DNA of 32,000 nucleotides from Candidatus Methanoperedens sp. (GTDB lineage Archaea; Halobacteriota; Methanosarcinia; Methanosarcinales; Methanoperedenaceae): NCBI GenBank assembly GCA_041494705.1, contig JBGQBI010000001.1, positions 120,001 to 152,000 of the forward strand, read 5' to 3'. Shown piece by piece: positions 24,738 to 31,605 of this stretch (position 1 is its first letter; each line of letters starts with the position of its first letter). The notes under the pieces were generated by a model. It saw only the letters and a program-made list of their open reading frames with translations, ran no database searches and was not told where the DNA came from. The position numbers and the translations under genes were made by a program.

Positions 24738-26036
24738 TTATGGGGACAACCGCTTTCTATCCCGCGGGAACAACACCACTTCACGGATATTCTCAATCCC
24801 GAGCATAGTCATAAGCAGCCGCTCTGCGCCAAGTCCCCATCCAGAATGCGGCGGCATGCCGTACCTGAAAGCTTTGAGATAGAAATCAAACCCGTCCGCA
24901 TTTAACCCTTGCCCTATAATCCTCTGGCGCAGTAATTCATACGAATGCACACGCTGCGCGCCCGAAGAAAGCTCCATGCGCGGATGCATCATATCAAATG
25001 CCCTGCAAAGCTCTGGTTTGTCATCATAAGGCATGGCGTAGAACGGTTTTATCTTTGAAGGCCAATCCACTATGAAATAATGTTCGCCTATTGTCTTACC
25101 GATAGTATGTTCCGACTCCGTGGTCAAATCTTCCCCCCATTCTATTTGTTCACCGCCATCGTTTGCGATTTTTATTGCCTCGTCATAGGTAATGCGCTTA
25201 AAAGGCGTCTGTGGTATCTTGAGTTCCACGCCAAGGTTTGAGAGATAATTTTTTCCGTTCTCTGAAACATAGGTATAAACATATTTAACAAGGTTCTCAA
25301 GAATGACCATAACATCCTCGTGGTCAAGGAAACTTGCTTCTATATCGATGGATGTGGCTTCATTCAAGTGTTTTCGCGTGTCATGTTCTTCTGCCCTGAA
25401 TATCGGACCTATCTCGAATACGCGGTCAAGCCCGCCAGACATCATCAACTGCTTGAATAATTGCGGGCTCTGGTTAAGAAATGCCTCGCGTTCAAAATAA
25501 GTTATGGGGAAAAGAGCGGTCCCGCCTTCAGTTGCAGTGGCTACCACTTTCGGCGTTGTTATCTCGACAAAACCTTCACGGTCAAGATACTCCCTTATAC
25601 TCTTCTGGAGAAGGTGTCTTATCCTGAAAATGGATTGCGTGTACGGGCGGCGCATGTCCATGAACCTGGCATCAAGGCGCGTATCAAGGTCGGCATCTAC
25701 TTTGCCAGTTGTATCCATTGGTAAGGGGGATTCGGCTTTTCCAAGCACTTTGATTTCCGTGGGGATTAATTCATACCCATTTGGCGCCTTTGCTTCTTTC
25801 TTGATATTGCCGGTAACTGCGACAACGGATTCACGTGAGATGTTCCTTGCTGTCTCAAGCACGTTCTTATCTATCGTCTTCTTAAAAAGCGTGACCTGCA
25901 CAAGCCCCTCGCGGTCGCGGACAATGAGAAAAGTGATGCCCCCAAGGTCGCGTATCTCGTGCACCCAGCCGCATATGGTGACAGGGCTCTGGTTCATTTC
26001 GGGTGTTATCTGGGTTGAGTAGTGAGTTCTTATCAT
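24738..26036 (-). CDS. aspS: aspartyl-tRNA synthetase, archaeal type (class IIb)
   Basis: N-terminal OB fold, motif 2 ([14 protein letters not shown]) and motif 3 (GWGLGAERL). The ORF track starts at TTG 26045; I prefer the ATG at 26034-26036 ([10 protein letters not shown]...). Confidence 0.93.
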   Translation of the reverse strand: MIRTHYSTQITPEMNQSPVTICGWVHEIRDLGGITFLIVRDREGLVQVTLFKKTIDKNVLETARNISRESVVAVTGNIKKEAKAPNGYELIPTEIKVLGKAESPLPMDTTGKVDADLDTRLDARFMDMRRPYTQSIFRIRHLLQKSIREYLDREGFVEITTPKVVATATEGGTALFPITYFEREAFLNQSPQLFKQLMMSGGLDRVFEIGPIFRAEEHDTRKHLNEATSIDIEASFLDHEDVMVILENLVKYVYTYVSENGKNYLSNLGVELKIPQTPFKRITYDEAIKIANDGGEQIEWGEDLTTESEHTIGKTIGEHYFIVDWPSKIKPFYAMPYDDKPELCRAFDMMHPRMELSSGAQRVHSYELLRQRIIGQGLNADGFDFYLKAFRYGMPPHSGWGLGAERLLMTMLGIENIREVVLFPRDRKRLSP

Positions 26037-26142
26037 TGGTATCAAGGCTCTGTAATGAGTAAATGTATTATTAATCTATTGGGAATGAACTTGGTACTTA
26101 CCAAAGCCCACTCAAAACCGTTGGTAACTTTTTTCTCACCTC

Positions 26143-26487
26143 TTAAGTCAAATAAGCCACTGAAGAAAGATTTTCTTTTATTCCTTTCTGCATTCGTGTC
26201 AAAGCAACTGCAAGAAGTGTTATACAACATTTCGTTACATGAAGGTCAATATTTTTCAAACCTTTTCCATTTACATGCGTCTCCACTTCAAGATGATCTT
26301 TCAGATAGCTATTGATGCCCTCATTGCTGTTTTCGCTTTGTTGTGTGTCTTCCATGCTGTAAGTCCTTGTGTGATATTTGAGAACAAGATGTTGCTCAAC
26401 GACTCCTCGGCGGTAAATCACACTGGAATTATTTTTGATCACTATTCGCACCTGATTCAGATTTAAAAAAAGTTTATTCGGATTCAT
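26143..26487 (-). pseudogene. possible C-terminal remnant of a DDE (IS4/IS5-like) transposase
   Basis: 114-aa ORF in an AT-rich spacer. The segment NEGINSYLKDHLEVETHVNGKGLKNIDLHVTKCCITLLAVALTRM loosely fits the C-terminal pattern ..E..f..lK..l......GL.kv..hv.l...a.NL.Rm of IS4/IS5-type transposases. Weak call from memory. Confidence 0.25.
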
Positions 26488-26525
26488 ATCACTTCAAGGG
26501 GCATGAGTCCTATCCTTCTGAAGTC

Positions 26526-26555
26526 AAAAAGCACACCTTGCAGCAAGCTGCGGGG
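26526..26555 (-). terminator. candidate operon-end terminator (weak hairpin plus T5 on the minus strand)
   Basis: CCTTGCAGCAAGCTGCGGGG (26536-26555) is palindromic around GCAG/CTGC. On the minus-strand RNA the outer pairs are C-A mismatches, so the stem is weak. A T5 run follows (complement of 26526-26530), about 35 nt past the stop of the flavoenzyme gene. Confidence 0.3.
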
Positions 26556-26563
26556 TATTCAAT

Positions 26564-27787
26564 TTAAAGCAAATGTTGTACTTGCTCCGCTGCTTTTTTT
26601 CCAGAGGATATGGCGGCTGACATCCCATATGGCATGAGATGGTGGCTATCCACATGAGTATAGTCACCCGCTAAAAAAACGCGCTGTGACGGAAGTATTT
26701 TTTCTATAGCCCAGGCACCATAACTTTCCTCCGAAATAATCGGGCTAATCATGTCCCAATGATGATGGTCGGCAAATTTTATTTGTTCCTCCCTAAAGTT
26801 GCCAAAACCCAAAGCATCAAGAGTTTGCAACGCCATTTTCACCATTTCTTTTGCATGCAATTTACGCACAGGTACGGATTTAATTCCCATGAAGTAAAAG
26901 TATAACAATACCAGACCATCAACAGCCGTTTTCTGCTGCACAACGGTACTGGTAGCAAGATCCGGGGTAGCAATGTACGAAAACTCAGGAATTAGGTTTT
27001 CCGGTATTGCTAAAACGCACAGGCTTCCTGTGCCGTAACGAATTCCATCCAAAAAAAGTCTGCTGGGGCTTTCTGCACGGGCGATAACGCGAGATGCTTC
27101 ATGGGCTGGTATCGAGCAAATAACGGCCTTTGCAGAAAGGTGCTTAATTTGCCCCCCTTCATTGACAGTAACAACAACATTTCGTCCTTGATCATCGATA
27201 CTAAGTACCTGCACCCCGCAACGAAGCCGCGATGATATACCTTCAATCAAGCCAGCAATCAACGCTCCATTGCCGGTTTCATAATGTCCCATCTGAAATA
27301 CTTGAAAGGCATCAAGCCTCCTTTGAGGAATATATTCACCTATCTCACCAGGGTGAATCAACTGAAAAAAAGCATTTAACAACTCGTACGATGGCGGCGA
27401 AAGGTCGAATATATCATATGCGCCTCCATTGACAAAAGCAGTAATCTCTTCGATCTCAAGGTTTCGAAAATCAATTTTTTCAAGACAATCCACAACACTT
27501 TTGCCAAACCAGGTGCGTCCTTTCGAACAGACTCCAATCATGCCATATTCTTCGATTAGTGGTGGTGGAGCGATTCCGGTCGGCAAGGATGTCGGTTCAA
27601 TAGCAAAAACTGCTCCGATTTCATAGCTTACTCCCATTTTCTCACGGGTAAGCACGCGCCCTCCGGCATTCGTTTTTAGTTCAAGCACGATAATGTCTTT
27701 ATCACGCAATGCGTATGCCGCGTAAAGCCCGGCCAGTCCGGCGCCGACAACTATTACCTCCTTGCATTCGTCTTGAAATCTTTCCAT
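26564..27787 (-). CDS. flavin-containing amine-oxidase-family oxidoreductase (last gene of the RiPP-like operon)
   Basis: 407 aa. The N-terminal dinucleotide-binding motif VIVVGAGLAGLYAAYAL is followed by ELKTNAGGRV, and the C-terminal VFLAGDYTH motif is typical of the amine oxidase/PPOX/phytoene desaturase superfamily. Confidence 0.8.
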   Translation of the reverse strand: MERFQDECKEVIVVGAGLAGLYAAYALRDKDIIVLELKTNAGGRVLTREKMGVSYEIGAVFAIEPTSLPTGIAPPPLIEEYGMIGVCSKGRTWFGKSVVDCLEKIDFRNLEIEEITAFVNGGAYDIFDLSPPSYELLNAFFQLIHPGEIGEYIPQRRLDAFQVFQMGHYETGNGALIAGLIEGISSRLRCGVQVLSIDDQGRNVVVTVNEGGQIKHLSAKAVICSIPAHEASRVIARAESPSRLFLDGIRYGTGSLCVLAIPENLIPEFSYIATPDLATSTVVQQKTAVDGLVLLYFYFMGIKSVPVRKLHAKEMVKMALQTLDALGFGNFREEQIKFADHHHWDMISPIISEESYGAWAIEKILPSQRVFLAGDYTHVDSHHLMPYGMSAAISSGKKAAEQVQHLL

Positions 27788-27798
27788 TTGATCCCTTG

Positions 27799-28617
27799 CT
27801 AATAATACAAATTAAATGTGTGATATTCACCCGCATTGATATCATCAATATCCATGGCAATAATAATTTTGGTTGATCCTATGGCAGAAAAGGCAGTTGA
27901 AAGCTGTTTGGATCCTATTTTAGCTATAAAGTCGGAAGCATCGTAAGGAATCATATGTGCCGAAACGCCAGCTTTATCTGTGGAAAAGCAAAAACTGACT
28001 CGGTGGCAACACTCTGCTAACATTGTCACTTTTTCTCCAACTATATCTCGCAGCAGTGCGTTCTGTTCGCGAATCTCATAATCGTGCATAACAGGATAGA
28101 CCTTTAAAGCCGACGCTCCGGAAAATACGAAATCAAACCCGAAAAGGAATCCCTTGTGAACCTTAAGGCGACGAGCATTGGGTGAAATACCTGCAAAGCC
28201 AAGAGCGCGTGTTTCCATAGCCGGGTAATCTCCCACAATGTGCCACAGTTTGATTCTCGATGAGGCAATATCCGGTCTCAGGTCTATACCGACTACGTTA
28301 TAACGCACTTTTTCGTATAGAAAATCTGTTCCTGTTACCTCATGATACAGTGAACGATATATAGGAGCCATTTCAGCATAATGCCCTAAAAAGGCAACTA
28401 TTTTAGGATTAAGACTGAATCCTCCACTATTCTTGTACCAAAGGTTAAACCGCAATGGATGCACGGTGTCGCCACATACTTTACAGGAGCATTCCAAATG
28501 AGCTTCGGGCGAAGCCCTCAATAAATCCAGAAATGGAACGCAAAGCGGTGTTGCTTTGGATGCAAAGGATGTCAAGTGCCTGCGGTATTTTTCTATTTGC
28601 ACATTGGATGATTGCAT
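27799..28617 (-). CDS. ABBA (PT-barrel) peptide prenyltransferase-like protein, cyanobactin LynF/TruF/PagF-type motifs
   Basis: 272 aa. Five spaced beta-hairpin-like repeats are visible: LECSCKV...RFNLWY; VGIDLRPDIASSRIKLWHI(VGDYP); FGFDFVFSGASALKVYPV; VSFCFSTDKAGVSAHMIPY; IIAMDIDDINAGEYHTFNLYY (C-terminus). The blocks SCK...RF.L, GIDLR...SS.K, DYP, GFDF.F.G and a terminal LYY resemble cyanobactin prenyltransferases as I remember them. No search was run. Confidence 0.5.
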   Translation of the reverse strand: MQSSNVQIEKYRRHLTSFASKATPLCVPFLDLLRASPEAHLECSCKVCGDTVHPLRFNLWYKNSGGFSLNPKIVAFLGHYAEMAPIYRSLYHEVTGTDFLYEKVRYNVVGIDLRPDIASSRIKLWHIVGDYPAMETRALGFAGISPNARRLKVHKGFLFGFDFVFSGASALKVYPVMHDYEIREQNALLRDIVGEKVTMLAECCHRVSFCFSTDKAGVSAHMIPYDASDFIAKIGSKQLSTAFSAIGSTKIIIAMDIDDINAGEYHTFNLYY

Positions 28618-28638
28618 GACTAAAGAATTATCCTTTTA

Positions 28639-30072
28639 TTAGATGGCGCGAGGTGGCATTTTGGTTTGATGCGGACAGTCTGGCGGGGCTTCATATATAG
28701 TACCGTAACAAGCAAGAGAATCCCTGAAACACCATCCTTTCACATATATACATCTTGCAAAATCGGTACAATTGTAACAATCAGAATTTTGAAAAAGTTC
28801 GCGTGAGGGATGATTGAATCGGTGTATAGCATCGGAATTCCATACGCCCATAACTCCGTCTTCGAAAACATTCCCTACCGTGTAAGCCGGTTCATTTGGC
28901 GTTTGTTCGCATAAGGTAACTGCGCCGTCCGGCTTTACTAACATTTTGGTGCGCCCTCCTGAACAAATCGGTCGCTTTGCCCAAATCTCCGGTGTAAGAT
29001 TCCTGGATCCGCCAGTTGTAATATTCTTTTGCATGAAGATAAAAATATCCGGAAATTCTTCCTTGATCTGACTTTCCATATCTATAAGGCGTTTTTTCTG
29101 TTCCAAGGTCAGGAAAAGCTTGTCATTATGCCGGTACAAGCCTCGGCTGTACTGCACAAAATGAAACTCGTTTATCCCCATCGGCGCAAGACGCCTGACC
29201 AGTTCCAATGGAGCATCAGCATTATATGAAGTAAGCACCGCTTTTACTCTTGGACTGATTCCGGCTTCGATCAGATTTCGCAGAGTGTCTTGCGCTTTGG
29301 AAAGATAGTTCTTGTGTCGGGACAAAAAAGAAGCGAGTCTATTATCAGTGCTGTCCAGAGATACTTGCATCGGACGCAGCGCCCAGTGGGGCATGTCTTT
29401 ATTACCTATGTTCAAGGCAGCCATCCGCTGTGCTTGCCTCGGCGAAACATAGCTCTTTGTGGAAACAAAGAATGAGAAATTCCGTTTGTCTAACTCTTCC
29501 ATAATTTCCAGGGCATCCTGACGACAAAAAATATCAGCGCCGCCAATATCGACCAATGTAATTTCATTTTCTGCAATTTCATCCAAAATGGGGATCCACT
29601 CATCCAAACTACGCTCCGCACTCGGCTCACGTTCAGCATAACAGTAAATACAGTCGCATTGGCATCGGTTGGTAAAGCTAATGGCGATGGTGATAGGACG
29701 CAGCATTCTGTGTGGTGTCATTGTGTAGTTAGCAAAGTCTGGAATCAGGTTTTCCATGGGCTTGTCAAAGGAAAGGGACCGCGGTCCTTCCAATGAAAAA
29801 AAGCCATCCAGATGGGCGAGTTCAGTAGTAATCTGCTCAATTTCTTCAGCACTTTGTCTGTCTGTAGCATTTATTATTCCCTGTGCAGCTGTTTTTATCT
29901 CTGCCCAGGTATTCTTTCCATCAAAAAGAAGAATAAATATCGATTCAAAAGGTGAAAGCACACGTGCAACATTCTTTTGCAAGGAATGCAAATATATCAC
30001 CATGCAATTGCCATCATTCCTGAAACGCCAATTTTCCGATATCCTCGGCTTATCAGTATCTGAAAATACCAT
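28639..30072 (-). CDS. radical SAM/SPASM peptide-modifying enzyme with an N-terminal PqqD-like RiPP recognition element
   Basis: 477 aa. AGGAG lies 5 nt upstream. Residues ~35-90 (LSPFESIFILLFDGKNTWAEIKTAAQGI...) look like a PqqD/RRE domain. The radical SAM motif is C137-x3-C141-x2-C144 (NRCQCDCIYCY). The SPASM motifs are C370-x12-G-x4-C388 and C432-x2-C435-x5-C441-x6-C448, plus C455 and C466. Confidence 0.9.
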   Translation of the reverse strand: MVFSDTDKPRISENWRFRNDGNCMVIYLHSLQKNVARVLSPFESIFILLFDGKNTWAEIKTAAQGIINATDRQSAEEIEQITTELAHLDGFFSLEGPRSLSFDKPMENLIPDFANYTMTPHRMLRPITIAISFTNRCQCDCIYCYAEREPSAERSLDEWIPILDEIAENEITLVDIGGADIFCRQDALEIMEELDKRNFSFFVSTKSYVSPRQAQRMAALNIGNKDMPHWALRPMQVSLDSTDNRLASFLSRHKNYLSKAQDTLRNLIEAGISPRVKAVLTSYNADAPLELVRRLAPMGINEFHFVQYSRGLYRHNDKLFLTLEQKKRLIDMESQIKEEFPDIFIFMQKNITTGGSRNLTPEIWAKRPICSGGRTKMLVKPDGAVTLCEQTPNEPAYTVGNVFEDGVMGVWNSDAIHRFNHPSRELFQNSDCYNCTDFARCIYVKGWCFRDSLACYGTIYEAPPDCPHQTKMPPRAI

Positions 30073-30130
30073 TTTTCTCCTAATTACTTGTCTGCTGTCC
30101 TGCCACTATTCCTAAAATTACTTCTTTCAA

Positions 30131-30180
30131 GCTGTCCCAAAACGAATGTAAACAAAATCAGTCACCAGTTTTGGGATAGC
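30131..30180 (-). promoter_or_regulatory. inverted repeat/hairpin in the precursor-maturase spacer
   Basis: TCCCAAAAC (30135-30143) and GTTTTGGGA (30168-30176) form a perfect 9-bp inverted repeat. It extends by GCT/AGC across one mismatch. The loop is 24 nt. Confidence 0.45.
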
Positions 30181-30185
30181 TTGCC

Positions 30186-30209
30186 TCCCGGTGTTAATTT
30201 GACACGGGA
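30186..30209 (-). promoter_or_regulatory. small hairpin just 3' of the precursor stop codon
   Basis: CCCgGTGT (30187-30194) pairs with ACACGGG (30202-30208), giving 7 bp with one bulge and a 7-nt loop. It lies 17 nt downstream of the precursor stop on the minus strand. Confidence 0.35.
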
Positions 30210-30225
30210 AGGGGACGTAGACTGC

Positions 30226-30405
30226 TTACCAATGCCAACCGTTTGCACATGATGAACACTCTTCTACAATGGCCTTATGGGCTGCTGCTACGGCATCCTT
30301 CAAATCCTTCGCATCAACCGTCACATTCTTTGCCTTCAGTGCTTTTTGAAGGGCAGAAATTCCCTTTTCCGTATTGGCCTTTTCAGAAATTTTCGCTTCA
30401 CTCAT
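30226..30405 (-). CDS. RiPP precursor peptide candidate (59 aa), C-terminal core ...EECSSCANGWHW
   Basis: The ORF track gives a 69-aa form from TTG 30435. The ATG at 30403-30405 has a strong GGAGGTG 7 nt upstream and gives MSEAKISEKANTEKGISALQKALKAKNVTVDAKDLKDAVAAAHKAIVEECSSCANGWHW. It lies 153 nt upstream of, and on the same strand as, the radical SAM/SPASM gene. Confidence 0.7.
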   Translation of the reverse strand: MSEAKISEKANTEKGISALQKALKAKNVTVDAKDLKDAVAAAHKAIVEECSSCANGWHW

Positions 30406-30420
30406 AGTTGTCACCTCCTT

Positions 30421-30440
30421 AAACATTGAATGCAATGTTT
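30421..30440 (-). promoter_or_regulatory. 20-bp palindrome abutting the precursor RBS (operator or 5'-UTR hairpin)
   Basis: AAACATTG aatg CAATGTTT: perfect 8-bp arms with a 4-nt spacer, between the candidate TATA box and the Shine-Dalgarno sequence. Confidence 0.4.
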
Positions 30441-30474
30441 ATAATATTTCTACCATCATAATTAAGATGTGCAC

Positions 30475-30482
30475 TATATAAA
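30475..30482 (-). promoter_or_regulatory. candidate TATA box for the precursor/RiPP operon
   Basis: The minus strand reads TTTATATA, a perfect archaeal TATA consensus, about 70 nt upstream of the ATG at 30405. It predicts a 5' UTR of roughly 45 nt containing the palindrome and the SD. Confidence 0.35.
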
Positions 30483-30575
30483 TAGTTAATTAATTGAAAT
30501 ATTGCTCAATTCTGGCAATGTTATTTTTATTGTCCCAATAGTCTTTTATTTGTTTATCTACATTAAACTCCAATG

Positions 30576-30624
30576 TTCATCCCCTCTTGGAATTTTGTTG
30601 TTAAAATATTAATGAGGGGATGAA
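30576..30624. promoter_or_regulatory. 11-bp perfect inverted repeat in the divergent intergenic region
   Basis: TTCATCCCCTC (30576-30586) and GAGGGGATGAA (30614-30624) are separated by 27 nt of AT-rich sequence. The repeat extends to 14 bp with one mismatch. Confidence 0.4.
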
Positions 30625-30791
30625 TATTATAAATTTTACTGCAAGTATATAAAATAGTTAAATTTATATGGCAAACTCATGAATTGGTAACCGCCACCAC
30701 GATAGCCAGCCCGATTTACCACAAATTATATATGGCAGTAATACTTTATGGTGCTAAATAATACCCCCAGTAATAATATGGTGATAAAACA

Positions 30792-31601
30792 ATGATAGGC
30801 GGATTCAGTGAAGAACAAATAAGAAGATACTCGCGCCACATAATCCTGCCGGAGGTTGGCGGAAAAGGACAAAAGAAACTATTAAGCTCAAAGGTATTAT
30901 GCATAGGCGCAGGAGGTCTCGGCGCGCCTATAATCGAATACCTTGCAGCGGCAGGCGTGGGAACGCTCGGGATAATAGATGACGACACCGTTGACCTCAG
31001 CAACCTCCAGCGCCAGGTAATCCACGGGGGAAATGTGGGCAAACCCAAAGCCGAATCCGCAAAACAATTCGTCAATAATCTCAATCCCGATATCGAGGTA
31101 AAGACCTATATCGAAAGGCTGAATGCCAATAATGTCATAGATATTTTCAAGGAATATGATATAGTGGTGGACGGCTCTGATAATTTTGCAACCCGATATC
31201 TTGTTAACGATGCATGTGTTATCACAGACACGCCTCTCTCCCACGGCAGCATATACAGGTTCGAAGGACAGGTCACAACAATAATCCCCCACAAAGGGCC
31301 GTGTTACAGGTGCCTCTTTGAACATGCGCCCCCGCCGGGAATGGTGCCGAGCTGCCAGGAAGCCGGAGTGCTTGGCGTTCTTCCGGGCATAATAGGCGTA
31401 ATCCAGGCGACCGAAGTGATAAAATACCTGCTCGGCATAGGCGAGTTGCTTACGGGACGCCTTATTTACTACGATGCGCTCAACATGACCTTTGACGAAA
31501 TCAAAATGCGCTGGAACAAGCAGTGCCCGGTCTGCGGCGAAGAACCAAAAATAACATCGATACAGGAAGAGATATACGGAGACTCATGCAGGATTTGGTG
31601 A
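30792..31601 (+). CDS. moeB: MoeB/ThiF/UbaA-family E1-like adenylyltransferase
   Basis: 269 aa. The start RYSRHIILPEVGGKGQKKL, the nucleotide-binding motif GAGGLGAP and two CxxC pairs (CYRC, CPVC) are typical of MoeB/ThiF. Confidence 0.9.
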   Translation: MIGGFSEEQIRRYSRHIILPEVGGKGQKKLLSSKVLCIGAGGLGAPIIEYLAAAGVGTLGIIDDDTVDLSNLQRQVIHGGNVGKPKAESAKQFVNNLNPDIEVKTYIERLNANNVIDIFKEYDIVVDGSDNFATRYLVNDACVITDTPLSHGSIYRFEGQVTTIIPHKGPCYRCLFEHAPPPGMVPSCQEAGVLGVLPGIIGVIQATEVIKYLLGIGELLTGRLIYYDALNMTFDEIKMRWNKQCPVCGEEPKITSIQEEIYGDSCRIW

Positions 31602-31605
31602 AAAA

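Noticed and set aside
26022-26466. Plus-strand ORFs of 97 and 75 aa in the aspS-flavoenzyme spacer
   Set aside because: They show no RBS or motifs and sit in AT-rich sequence. They are antisense to the slightly more plausible transposase-remnant frame, so the region is more likely decayed non-coding DNA.
30406-30435. The 69-aa version of the precursor, starting at the TTG given in the ORF track
   Set aside because: The extension would read through the strong GGAGGTG element, which sits at ideal spacing for the ATG at 30405. The TTG itself has no SD and lies within the 20-bp palindrome, so the 59-aa form is preferred.
30792-31601. The ThiF/MoeB-like E1 enzyme as a RiPP tailoring enzyme (MccB-like or YcaO-partner-like) belonging to the peptide operon
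   Set aside because: It is on the opposite strand and is translationally coupled to tusA and a dsrE-like gene, forming a self-consistent sulfur-relay operon. Its codon usage looks host-like and no YcaO is present. It is kept only as a low-interest note.
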